A stretch of DNA of 64,000 bases from Calditrichia bacterium (GTDB lineage Bacteria > Calditrichota > Calditrichia > JAJRVZ01). The stretch covers positions 256,001-320,000 of the forward strand of contig CAVZSQ010000019.1 of NCBI GenBank assembly GCA_963777955.1, written 5' to 3'. Made by a program: the position numbers and the translations under genes. This document shows, in pieces, positions 19,792-28,402 of this stretch. Each line of letters opens with the position of its first letter. Position 1 is the stretch's first letter. The notes under the pieces are model-generated. The model made no database searches. It was not told the origin of the DNA and was given only the letters and a program-made list of their open reading frames with translations.

Positions 19792-20518
19792 AGAACCGTA
19801 CATCATTTCACATCGCGGCGACAGAGTAAATGCCGTGGAGAACACGATTCTGGCCTGTGAATTGGCCGTTCAACATGGTGCGACTGCGTTAGAGATTGAT
19901 ATCCGGCAGACCGCTACCGGGGAGATAGTGGTTTTTCATGACTTTTCGCTCAAGCGTATGTTCATGAAACAGAATTATGTCGGCCGGGTGGGATTGACAG
20001 AACTCAAAACCTATCCCTTTGTTATCAACGGCAGGCCACAACCTCAGGTGATCGATACATTAGATGCCCTGCTGGACCGGTTCAAGAATCGTTTGCCAAT
20101 CAATCTGGATGCTAAAACAATTCATTTTTTTGATTTTAAATTCGCCGATAAAATTATTTCCACAATAAGAAATCACAATCTGTTCGACCGGGTCTGGATT
20201 TCCTGCTTCAATCCGTTCCTGCTGCAAATCTTAAAAATAAAATATAATAAAATCCGTACTGGTTATCTTTTCCAGCGTTTAACCTGGATGCATACCGCTT
20301 ACGATCTGGTCACGGCTACCGATGCCTGGCATCCCCATTACAAGGTGCTCGATGATTACCTGATGGAGAAAGCGCTGAAACATGACAAGCAGATATATGT
20401 GTGGACAGTAAATGATGAAGAAACTCTGCGGCAAATTTCAGGTTATCCGGTACAGGGGATCATTACCGATGAAATCAAACTGGTCAGGAAATATTATCTT
20501 CGTCAGAATCCGGGTTAA
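19784..20518 (+). CDS. Glycerophosphodiester phosphodiesterase family protein
   Basis: SHRG, ENT, EIDIR, VVFHD, VWTVND, GIITD. Confidence 0.9.
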   Translation: MPEEPYIISHRGDRVNAVENTILACELAVQHGATALEIDIRQTATGEIVVFHDFSLKRMFMKQNYVGRVGLTELKTYPFVINGRPQPQVIDTLDALLDRFKNRLPINLDAKTIHFFDFKFADKIISTIRNHNLFDRVWISCFNPFLLQILKIKYNKIRTGYLFQRLTWMHTAYDLVTATDAWHPHYKVLDDYLMEKALKHDKQIYVWTVNDEETLRQISGYPVQGIITDEIKLVRKYYLRQNPG

Positions 20519-20523
20519 GACGG

Positions 20524-21057
20524 TCAGGCCAGAATATGTTCCAATCTGGATTTAAAAACTTCAAAGTTATCCTGGCCCCACAGGCAGAAACTGACTTCTT
20601 CGAGTTTACAGGGTCTCTTTAAAAATTCCACTACGATCATCAGCATGATCTCTGCGCATTTAACGACGGGAAACCCGAACACGCCTGTGCTGATGGCCGG
20701 AAAGGCAATTGATTTCAGATCATGTTCTTCTGCCAGCAGCAGGCTATTCATCGTAGCGTTGCGCAATTTTGTCTCTTCATCACCTTCACCGAACTGCGGC
20801 CCCACTGCATGAATGACATGCCGGGCTTTTAACCGGCCGGCCGAAGTTAATACTGCCGCGCCTACATAAGTTCCGCCGATGCGGTTGCACTCTTCCTGGA
20901 TGGCGGCTCCGCCTTTTTCCCGAATCGCTCCGGCAACACCCGAGCCTAAAATTAATTGGGCATTAGCGGGATTGACAATCGCATCAACTTCAAGGTCGGT
21001 GATATCACCTTCCATTAATACTAACCTGGCCTGGTTTATTTTATAATCTGCTTTCAT
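20524..21057 (-). CDS. Macro domain protein (MacroD-type ADP-ribose hydrolase-like)
   Basis: GDIT, AIVNPAN, GSGVAGAI, VIHAVGP, SIAFPAISTGVFGFP. Confidence 0.9.
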   Translation of the reverse strand: MKADYKINQARLVLMEGDITDLEVDAIVNPANAQLILGSGVAGAIREKGGAAIQEECNRIGGTYVGAAVLTSAGRLKARHVIHAVGPQFGEGDEETKLRNATMNSLLLAEEHDLKSIAFPAISTGVFGFPVVKCAEIMLMIVVEFLKRPCKLEEVSFCLWGQDNFEVFKSRLEHILA

Positions 21058-21084
21058 AATTCTTCCGCATAATTTTAGATTGCC

Positions 21085-21429
21085 TTACACTCTGGAGAAA
21101 CTTTTAATTGCTGCTGCTGTGTTTTCATAGATATCAAAAACCTTATCCAGGCGCGTTATCTGGAATACGTAGCGGACCGCGGGCCGCAGCCCTGCCAGTT
21201 TGATATCGCCGTTGTTCATGCTGGCCTGTTTCAAGCCGGCCAGCAGAGAACTGAGGAATGAACTGTCGGTGAATTCAATCTGGCTCATATCAATGATGAC
21301 TTTTGTACTGCCTTCTTTTATAAGCTTGGTCAATTTTTCTTTAAGTAAGTCGGCCGTATCAACAGTGGCCCGCTTAATCTCTACACTGAAAATCAGGATA
21401 TCATCAAGCACTTCACTTTTGATGGTCAT
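21085..21429 (-). CDS. STAS domain anti-sigma factor antagonist
   Basis: VIIDMSQIEFTDSSFL with phosphorylatable Ser, and VFQITRLDKVF; GGAGG RBS. Confidence 0.88.
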   Translation of the reverse strand: MTIKSEVLDDILIFSVEIKRATVDTADLLKEKLTKLIKEGSTKVIIDMSQIEFTDSSFLSSLLAGLKQASMNNGDIKLAGLRPAVRYVFQITRLDKVFDIYENTAAAIKSFSRV

Positions 21430-21585
21430 TCAATGTTTTCCTCCCCGGCTTTTACCAGTGTACGGCTACGGCTGACCTTTGGGGATAGTATATTTAAGAA
21501 ATTGCTGAACCGCAATATTAAAATCAATTGGTTTAATAAAATGAGCATTTCAGTTACTTTATTCAGAGCTAAAGATACTTTTGCT

Positions 21586-23136
21586 TCAACGCTGAAAATT
21601 GCAGAGCAGCACGCAGATTTTATCCTGCCAGCCATTGATCAGCGGAGTGGGAACAGTATAGTTGTTCACCAGCAAGGAAAACAGGAACAGCTCATTGTCG
21701 GCAGAATAAATATAGCCGGAGAGGTTGCGTACATGTCCTATAAATCCTGTTTTAGCGTGCACCCTGGATTCAGCCGGTGTTTTTTTCATCCGGTTTTTCA
21801 GTGTTCCATCCACACCCGTAACCGGCAGGGAAGCATAAAAGTAATCAAAGTAAGGATGGCGTGCCATGAAACGCAATAAGGTACTTACAGCATTCGGTGT
21901 AATCAGGTTATTTCTGGACAGACCCGATCCGTCCACCATTGAAAATTCCATATCGGAAATACCTATTTCTTTCATCTGGTTGAGCACGATCAGAGTACCT
22001 GCTGCCGCAGTGGCCTGCTGGCCATATTCCGCGGCCAGGGTCACCAGCAGTTGTTCCGTATATAAGTTCTGACTGACTTTGTTGGTAATCTCGATAATTT
22101 TCGCCAATTCCGGTGAAGAATGGGTCAGCAGGACCCGGCAGCGATCATAGGAAATCCGGTTCAATTCTCTGTTTGTACGCAAGGAACCATGGAGTATGAT
22201 CCCTCTCGATTCCAGGACCTCAGCCAATACAGTAATAAAATATAGGGCGGGATTCTCCACCGAGATCGACTCCTGGTAAGGTGGTTTGTTTTGTGGAATT
22301 TCATTTTCGGCAATGACAATATTTTGCAGTCGCGGTCGGTTCAGGATTAAGGTTTGCACAGAATCAGCCGCTGTGGTTCTGGCCCGGTTTTCGATAACGA
22401 AGAAACGGCTGGGAGGCATTATACTGATCTTTGGTCGAAGACCAATCGTATCATTGGGCACCACCGTGACATCGACACAATTATCATTCAAGGTGAGAGC
22501 GCTGATGGGCGCGGCATACCAGAAAGGTTCATCATCCCATTGCCAGCCGCTGCCCAGCGGATCAGTCTGGAAGTACGATTCATCGCCGATCAGGTCACCG
22601 TTAATTTCTTTGATGCCTAAATTAAGCAGGGAGTCAGCCCAATTCCCAAAAACCTGGCGTACATCCCCGTTATAAAAACGCGGAGCAATGGTCGGGTCTC
22701 CTTTACCGCGGATAATCAGATTCCCCTGCAGTATATTTTGCTCAATTTTACCGTCGGTATAGATCGCAGTGCGAAATCTGAAAAGCGGGCCAAATTTTAA
22801 CAAGGCTGTAGCTGTGGTAAAGATTTTCAAATTGGAAGCAGGGATAAACAACTTATGGTCATTCTGCCGGTAAAGCACTTCCCCGTCAGAGGCCGCTTCT
22901 ATATAAAGACCGATCTGGGCGTTAAACAAATTAGGATCGCCGGTCAAATAGGCAATCTGTTCACGCAACAGATCTATCTTGCGGCCAGGAATGCCCTGCT
23001 GATTGCCTGGACGGGAAACGCATTGATATTGAATACTGCCCGCACTGAGAATAATCAGCAAAAAAGCACGGGTGCCATATTTGTAGAGAATACGCAACCG
23101 CCTGAGGTATTTCGCTGAGGGTTTGTATACTTTCAT
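21586..23136 (-). CDS. dacB: D-alanyl-D-alanine carboxypeptidase/endopeptidase PBP4
   Basis: PASNLK (SxxK), GKGDPT, SQN (SxN), DGSGLSR, KTG. Confidence 0.92.
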   Translation of the reverse strand: MKVYKPSAKYLRRLRILYKYGTRAFLLIILSAGSIQYQCVSRPGNQQGIPGRKIDLLREQIAYLTGDPNLFNAQIGLYIEAASDGEVLYRQNDHKLFIPASNLKIFTTATALLKFGPLFRFRTAIYTDGKIEQNILQGNLIIRGKGDPTIAPRFYNGDVRQVFGNWADSLLNLGIKEINGDLIGDESYFQTDPLGSGWQWDDEPFWYAAPISALTLNDNCVDVTVVPNDTIGLRPKISIMPPSRFFVIENRARTTAADSVQTLILNRPRLQNIVIAENEIPQNKPPYQESISVENPALYFITVLAEVLESRGIILHGSLRTNRELNRISYDRCRVLLTHSSPELAKIIEITNKVSQNLYTEQLLVTLAAEYGQQATAAAGTLIVLNQMKEIGISDMEFSMVDGSGLSRNNLITPNAVSTLLRFMARHPYFDYFYASLPVTGVDGTLKNRMKKTPAESRVHAKTGFIGHVRNLSGYIYSADNELFLFSLLVNNYTVPTPLINGWQDKICVLLCNFQR

Positions 23137-23167
23137 GGAATAGAAGGTGATCGTTGAATCACGCTAA

Positions 23168-23196
23168 AACTAAAAGGGCGGTTTAACAACCGCCCT
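23168..23196 (-). terminator. Rho-independent terminator of hup
   Basis: Minus strand AGGGCGGTT-gtta-AACCGCCCT then TTTAGTTTT, directly after the HU stop. Confidence 0.85.
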
Positions 23197-23201
23197 GATT
23201 A

Positions 23202-23475
23202 TTACCTGACTACGTCCTTCAGACCTTTTCCTGCTCTAAACACTGGTACTTTTCTGGCTGGAATTTTAATAGTAGCGCCGGTTTGAGGATTACGGCCCAT
23301 ACGCGCACTACGTTTACTTACATTAAATGTACCAAAACCAACCAAGCCGACACTATCACCTTTTTTCAATGCAGTCTTTTACTCCTTCCAAAAAACTGTC
23401 CAGTGATGCTTCTGCATCTTTCTTAGTCAGACCGGTTTTCTTGGACATATGATTCACTATCTCTTGTTTAGTCAT
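23202..23475 (-). CDS. hup: DNA-binding protein HU (absent from the ORF track; one extra base near 23377-23380)
   Basis: [32 protein letters not shown], then in +1 frame [58 protein letters not shown]. Span 274 nt = 90 aa + stop + 1; AAGGAGG RBS. Confidence 0.93.
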
Positions 23476-23699
23476 TCAATTCCTCCTTATATATGACATG
23501 TATGACGGTTGTTAAATCTTTATATTACTTGCAGCATTTATTTTCAAATGCAGGATGGAAAAATTTCCCAAAAGAAGGTTTAAAAGTCAAGTAAAAAGAT
23601 AATGAACATGCGCTTAAACATGTCAGCAGGGGAGTCAGGTTACTCTGGTGGGAAAGAGGGACAATAGGCTGATATTACTAATACCCGGACGGGCAGGAT

Positions 23700-23885
23700 T
23701 TACTGGCGGCAGAAATCATCGCTATTTCTGATTTCGTTTTTAATAATTGAAGAAACCACTGTCTCCAGTACCTCGCTGCGATCATAAAATTTATTACGAA
23801 TGCGCAACTGAATTAATTCTATTTTTTCTTTCTCAAATTCTTTATTAACCGGAGCCAATTTTTTCCCCTTGATGTTCTCTTCCAT
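23700..23885 (-). CDS. Small FlgM-like anti-sigma28 candidate (61 aa)
   Basis: MEENIKGKKLAPVNKEFEKEKIELIQLRIRNKFYDRSEVLETVVSSII resembles the FlgM C-terminal EKV..LK..I..G.Y......IA..L helices; preceded by a sigma28-type promoter, two genes downstream of fliA. Confidence 0.6.
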   Translation of the reverse strand: MEENIKGKKLAPVNKEFEKEKIELIQLRIRNKFYDRSEVLETVVSSIIKNEIRNSDDFCRQ

Positions 23886-23911
23886 TCTCTCACCGCTTTC
23901 CTCTATGATAA

Positions 23912-23938
23912 TAGTCGGTTTGATCAGTAAGAACTTTA
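23912..23938 (-). promoter_or_regulatory. Sigma28 (FliA)-type promoter of the FlgM-like gene
   Basis: Minus strand TAAA-GTTCTTACTGATCAA(15)-ACCGACTA versus consensus TAAA-N15-GCCGATAA (extended TAAAGTTT); 26 nt upstream of ATG 23885. Confidence 0.7.
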
Positions 23939-24004
23939 TTAATGTTTCCGGTAAAAAGCATTTTGGCTGGAAACTGTACAACGGCAGGATGGCGGAACTG
24001 GCAG

Positions 24005-25153
24005 TTAAGAACGGGTCAGACTTTTCAGTTCTACAATAAAACGGTTACCGACCGGATTCTCTATGTCAAGCAACATTTTCCCTGCATGTGCATCGATAGC
24101 CATTTTGCAGAAAGTCAGTCCTAAAGCACGTTCCACGCGGTAACCCTTATTCTTTAATTCAACCTGGGAAAACTCATCAAATATTTTATCCTGGTATTTT
24201 TTAGGTATTTGGGTGCCATTATCATGTACGGTAAAACGGACACCATCGAGATCGATTTTTTCTGTTTTCAGCACCACCTGACCACCGTCTCCGACATTAT
24301 TTGTGGCGAAACTGATCAGGTTTTCTATTACCCGTTCTATTACCGACTGATCTAAAATCATTTCGTCCAGTTCCGGGTCAAGATTAAGTTGAACCATTTT
24401 GTTGGCATTTTCCGGATATTCGCGCACACGCTGAACGATATTGGTAATAATTGTATTAATTTTGGCCATATCCCGCTTCAGCGTAAGGGTGCCATCCTTG
24501 ATCCGTGAGATATCCAGCAGATTGACAACCATACGCAACAATTGCTGTACTCCGCGTTCGATCCGGTTGGAATATTTTTTTAAGTTATCTACCGACGTCG
24601 AACCTATGGTCATCTCCATCATCTGCAGATTCCCCTGGATGACGAACAGGGGATTCTTCATATCATGCACGATCAGATTCGTGAGGTCTTCCTTGAATTT
24701 ATCCATATGCAACAGCGTTTCATTCTTTTTAGCCAATTGCAGATTCTTTTCCTGCAATTCGTCATGATATTCTTTCAGGCGCAGCAACGACTTGACCCGG
24801 GCCAGTAATTCAACATTCTCAAACGGTTTGGAAATAAAATCATCCGCCCCGACATCCAGAGAATGTATTTTATCTTTCAGATCTTTCAAAGCGGTAATCA
24901 TGATGATCGGGATAAATTTTGTCCGCTGATCATTTTTTAACCGTTCACATACACCAAAACCGTCCAGTTTGGGCAACATAATATCCAGCAGGATGATCTG
25001 CGGATTTTGCCGAAAGGCAAGTTCCAATCCGCTTTCCCCGTCAGTTGCCGTGAAAATCTGATACCCCTGAGGTTTCAGGAAGTATAATAATAAATCCAGA
25101 TTCTCCTGGCTGTCTTCAATAATTAAAACTTTTTGCTTTTTGGATGCAGGCAT
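24005..25153 (-). CDS. Hybrid REC-HisKA-HATPase protein with degenerate ATP-binding boxes
   Basis: Intact REC (IEDS, LLDIMLP, SKP) and H-box LIVHDMKNPL; N-box ENLISFA, G1 DNGTQI and G2 ERALGL are degenerate. Confidence 0.85.
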   Translation of the reverse strand: MPASKKQKVLIIEDSQENLDLLLYFLKPQGYQIFTATDGESGLELAFRQNPQIILLDIMLPKLDGFGVCERLKNDQRTKFIPIIMITALKDLKDKIHSLDVGADDFISKPFENVELLARVKSLLRLKEYHDELQEKNLQLAKKNETLLHMDKFKEDLTNLIVHDMKNPLFVIQGNLQMMEMTIGSTSVDNLKKYSNRIERGVQQLLRMVVNLLDISRIKDGTLTLKRDMAKINTIITNIVQRVREYPENANKMVQLNLDPELDEMILDQSVIERVIENLISFATNNVGDGGQVVLKTEKIDLDGVRFTVHDNGTQIPKKYQDKIFDEFSQVELKNKGYRVERALGLTFCKMAIDAHAGKMLLDIENPVGNRFIVELKSLTRS

Positions 25154-25327
25154 AGCGCTAACCGGTTTTGTTTGTTCTTACGATTAATAAAATATAATAT
25201 AATCGTTCTTTTAATTCCAAACATTTTTATTTCGGTTAACACCACTCTGAAGTGGTACGGGATATATAAAATAAATAATGCAGTTATCTTAGATCAGATC
25301 CAGTTGTTCAGCTATCAGACGACCGGC

Positions 25328-26086
25328 TCAGGCATAAATCATTTTGTTGATTGATTTTTTCAGTTTACCCATCGTTTCAGAATGAATCTGCGAAATTCTT
25401 GATTCCGATACATTCAGTATCTGACCGATTTCTTTAAAGGTCAATTTTTCATAGTAGTAAAGGGTGATGGCCAGCCTGGTTTTCTCCGGTAATTGCTTTA
25501 TGGCTTTTAATAAAATTCGTTTCATTTCTTCCTCTTCCATTTTAAAATCGGGATTCTCTTCTTCTTCATCTTCGATCATATCGTAGAGATTTTGTTTATA
25601 GGTGTCATCAATAGGTTTATCTAAAGAAAGCATATTCACGCTGGTAATTTCCTTTTTCCAATTCTGTAATTCACTCATATCGATGCTCAGGCTTTTGGCG
25701 ATTTCCTGATCAGAATATGACCCGCCAAACTTCTGATCCAGTTCAACCATTTTTTCCTTAATCATGTTGGTTCGACTGCGCAGTGAACGCGGGATCCAAT
25801 CCAGTTTGCGTAATTCATCGATGATTGATCCTTTAATCCGCGGGATCGCATAGGTTTCAAACTTGATTCCATAATCCATATTAAATCGTTCCAGCGCTTC
25901 GACCAATCCCAGGATCCCAATATGATAAAGATCTTTTTCCTCGATAGCATGTGGAAAGTTTTTGATCATTTTGCGGACTACATATTTTACCAATCCAAGA
26001 TAACGCAGCACCAATTCCTGGCGCAACCGGGTGGTGGCGTTGGCTTTGTACATTTTCCAGAGTTGCATTGTAGTTAGATTTTTCAT
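25328..26086 (-). CDS. fliA: FliA/WhiG family (sigma28) RNA polymerase sigma factor
   Basis: GIKFETYAIPRIKGSIIDELRKLDWIPRS, LSLD, LYYYEKLTFKEIGQILNVSESRISQIHS. Start placed at ATG 26086 (GAGGG RBS); the ORF track uses 26101. Confidence 0.9.
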   Translation of the reverse strand: MKNLTTMQLWKMYKANATTRLRQELVLRYLGLVKYVVRKMIKNFPHAIEEKDLYHIGILGLVEALERFNMDYGIKFETYAIPRIKGSIIDELRKLDWIPRSLRSRTNMIKEKMVELDQKFGGSYSDQEIAKSLSIDMSELQNWKKEITSVNMLSLDKPIDDTYKQNLYDMIEDEEEENPDFKMEEEEMKRILLKAIKQLPEKTRLAITLYYYEKLTFKEIGQILNVSESRISQIHSETMGKLKKSINKMIYA

Positions 26087-26122
26087 GGGACCCTCGTTCA
26101 TTAATAGTGCGAATAAAATGGA

Positions 26123-26139
26123 TGCATTTTATATGCCAA
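26123..26139 (-). promoter_or_regulatory. Sigma54 (-24/-12) promoter upstream of fliA
   Basis: Minus strand TTGGCAT-ATAAA-ATGCA with exact GG-N10-GC spacing, ~37 nt upstream of ATG 26086. Confidence 0.7.
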
Positions 26140-26179
26140 TTTTTTTAAATTTTCGATTATTAGTTTATAACTTTATTAT

Positions 26180-26192
26180 TATCAATAAGATA
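26180..26192 (+). promoter_or_regulatory. IHF-like binding site
   Basis: TATCAAtaagATA, one mismatch to WATCAANNNNTTR, with an upstream A/T tract; lies between the sigma54 promoter and the palindrome. Confidence 0.35.
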
Positions 26193-26297
26193 TAAAAATA
26201 ACTAGCCTGCCGGTTACACTCTTAAATCACCGATTTCAAGTCCAAAATGCCTTGATTTTAAACACCTCAACTGACTGAAAATCGGACACTTGCTGGC

Positions 26298-26330
26298 CCA
26301 CCTTAAGGGTGCCATGCACCCTTAAGGTGG
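26298..26330. repeat. Perfect 15-bp inverted repeat with 3-nt spacer
   Basis: CCACCTTAAGGGTGC-cat-GCACCCTTAAGGTGG; each arm contains the palindrome CCTTAAGG. Confidence 0.95.
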
Positions 26331-26407
26331 TATGGTTTGGTATAAATTTTGATATGTATTTATGGAGGTTCAAACCATCGGAAAATCGTTAAATATGAGC
26401 AAACATT

Positions 26408-27132
26408 ATGCAGAAAAAGTTATATCAGCTAATCAATACTCTACTATTTCAACCCATACATTGATCTTTTCTTCCCTGCTCTGTGTTTTATTTGCGAAAA
26501 CCGTTTGGAAAGTAATCGTAAAATTGTTTGTATTCACTGTTTAAAGCAAATCCCTGGATCTGATCCGGCAGCAAATGCTCCCTTTCCCGATAAAAAATTT
26601 AATCAGGCTTTTATTCTGTACAATTTTAATGAAAGTGTCCGCCTGCTTGTTCATCTGTTAAAATATAAAGGTTACTTTACGCTGGCGGATTACTTTGCCG
26701 ACGCTATCGTGCAATCATTCCCCCGGTTGTTGAATACCAATTATGATTATATCCTGCCTGTACCTTTGCATCAAACACGGTTACGGGAAAGAGGTTTTAA
26801 TCAAAGCGCTATACTGGCAGCCGCCATCGGCAAGGAAACTGGGCCGGGCCATGTCTGAAAATATTCTGACCCGCCGGCGTAATACTCCTTCCCAGACTCA
26901 TTTGAACCGAACTCAGCGGCTGCGGAATGTTAGTGATGCTTTTTATTGCCAGGCTATCCGTTCAGATGCCCGTATTCTGATCATAGATGATGTCATTACC
27001 ACCGGTAGTACGGTTAACGCCTGTTGTCAGGCTATGCGGCAGGCCGGAGCTGCCGAGATCGATGTACTGGCCCTGGCGCATCCAGCAGCGACTGCAGCGC
27101 ATGATTTAATCAGCAATGCAGAAATTATCTAA
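26408..27132 (+). CDS. comF: ComF family phosphoribosyltransferase-like protein (two apparent frameshifts, ~26457 and ~26845)
   Basis: FFPALCFIC..CIHC zinc ribbon, LKY, PVPLH..RLRERGFNQS, SQTHL..R.RNV..AF, IIDDVITTGST. Confidence 0.85.
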
Positions 27133-27163
27133 ACAGTGAAGTTTGACAGAGGTATAAATTAAA

Positions 27164-28402
27164 TCAAATCGGCTTAACTCCCGCAATTTTGCGATAAGCC
27201 AGCCAGAAAAGAAATAGATCGCAGAAATAGACCATAACCAGGGTCCAGGCTGCGCCCATGATTTCATAGCGAGGTATGATCAAAAGACCTAAAATAATAT
27301 TCAGGGTTGGAATGATCATCGAGATGTTACGCACTGTTTTACCTGCTCCGCGCGCCATCAAAAACAGAGCAAATGGTTTACTGATACTCGAGAATCCGAA
27401 AGCCAGAGCCAGCGGTAACATAATATCCACGGTGGGCAGATATTCTGCAGAGAATAGATTGAGGATGATAAAACGCCGCATAAAAATAAATATACATACC
27501 GAAGATACCACGAAAATTATATTGATCTTTATCACCCGGAAATCTATCCGGTTTTGGACTGCAAAACGGTTAAACATCGTAGTGGCTAATGCCGATGAAA
27601 AATGTGATAAAGGGAAAGTCAGTGCATAACCCAGGTAATAATAGGCCAGTGCTTGCGCCGGTAAAAAAAATGAAATTATAAATTTATCCCCGTGAAAAAG
27701 GATTTCACTCCAGATATTACTCAGGTAAAGATGAACACCGTATGACTTCAGATCATTCCATATGCCTCTGGCCGAGTTTTTGAATAATTTAAACGATGGT
27801 CGCATATAAACTGTAATCCAGAGCAGGGAAATAGCAAAACCGACGAAAAACATATTCAGCGACTGAATCAGGTCGAATTGATTTAGAAAAATAATCAGCA
27901 GCAGCAGGCCTAAATAGAATATTCTTGGTAAAACGGTAAGCAGGGACAATAATTCAATATGACCGGTGCCCCGCAGGGCCAGTACGTAATAGGAATGCAT
28001 CAGTATCAAACCAACCCAGAGTGCAAAGTGCAGACACAAATCGCCGATTTTAATTTCAAAGAAACGGTCACTGCATGTTGCCAGCAGCAGGAAAAGCAAA
28101 GTGTAGATGATACTGAACGCCGCGGAAAAAAGGACGCCTGATCCCAGTATCTTTTTGCGTTCCGCTGAATCCGGGCTGACGGCCAGCAAATGGGAAGCGC
28201 TTTCGAACAGGCCGAAACCAAAAAATGAACGGCTGAAGAATAGTATGATGATAAAGAAAGAGTATCGTCCGTACTCAACGAGATCCAGGTAGGTCGTATT
28301 CAGTTTAGTAACCAGCCAACCCAAAAATATATTTAGAATCAGCGCGGCAAAGTACAGACTGGTTTCGATTACTGCCCGGCCGCCAGGTTGTCGCACCATC
28401 AT
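27164..28402 (-). CDS. Oligosaccharide flippase (Wzx/MOP family)
   Basis: 412 aa with about 12 hydrophobic segments; EYGRYS, DKFII..F, YYYLGY, LIIPRYEIMGAAW. Confidence 0.8.
   Translation of the reverse strand: MMVRQPGGRAVIETSLYFAALILNIFLGWLVTKLNTTYLDLVEYGRYSFFIIILFFSRSFFGFGLFESASHLLAVSPDSAERKKILGSGVLFSAAFSIIYTLLFLLLATCSDRFFEIKIGDLCLHFALWVGLILMHSYYVLALRGTGHIELLSLLTVLPRIFYLGLLLLIIFLNQFDLIQSLNMFFVGFAISLLWITVYMRPSFKLFKNSARGIWNDLKSYGVHLYLSNIWSEILFHGDKFIISFFLPAQALAYYYLGYALTFPLSHFSSALATTMFNRFAVQNRIDFRVIKINIIFVVSSVCIFIFMRRFIILNLFSAEYLPTVDIMLPLALAFGFSSISKPFALFLMARGAGKTVRNISMIIPTLNIILGLLIIPRYEIMGAAWTLVMVYFCDLFLFWLAYRKIAGVKPI

Noticed and set aside
21433..21879. 148-aa plus-strand ORF between STAS and dacB
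   Set aside because: Mostly antisense to dacB, with no recognisable features.
23202..23475. Programmed frameshifting in hup (and rpsA, pdxA, comF)
   Set aside because: No shared slippery heptamer or stimulatory structure; indels are scattered across unrelated genes, consistent with sequencing error.
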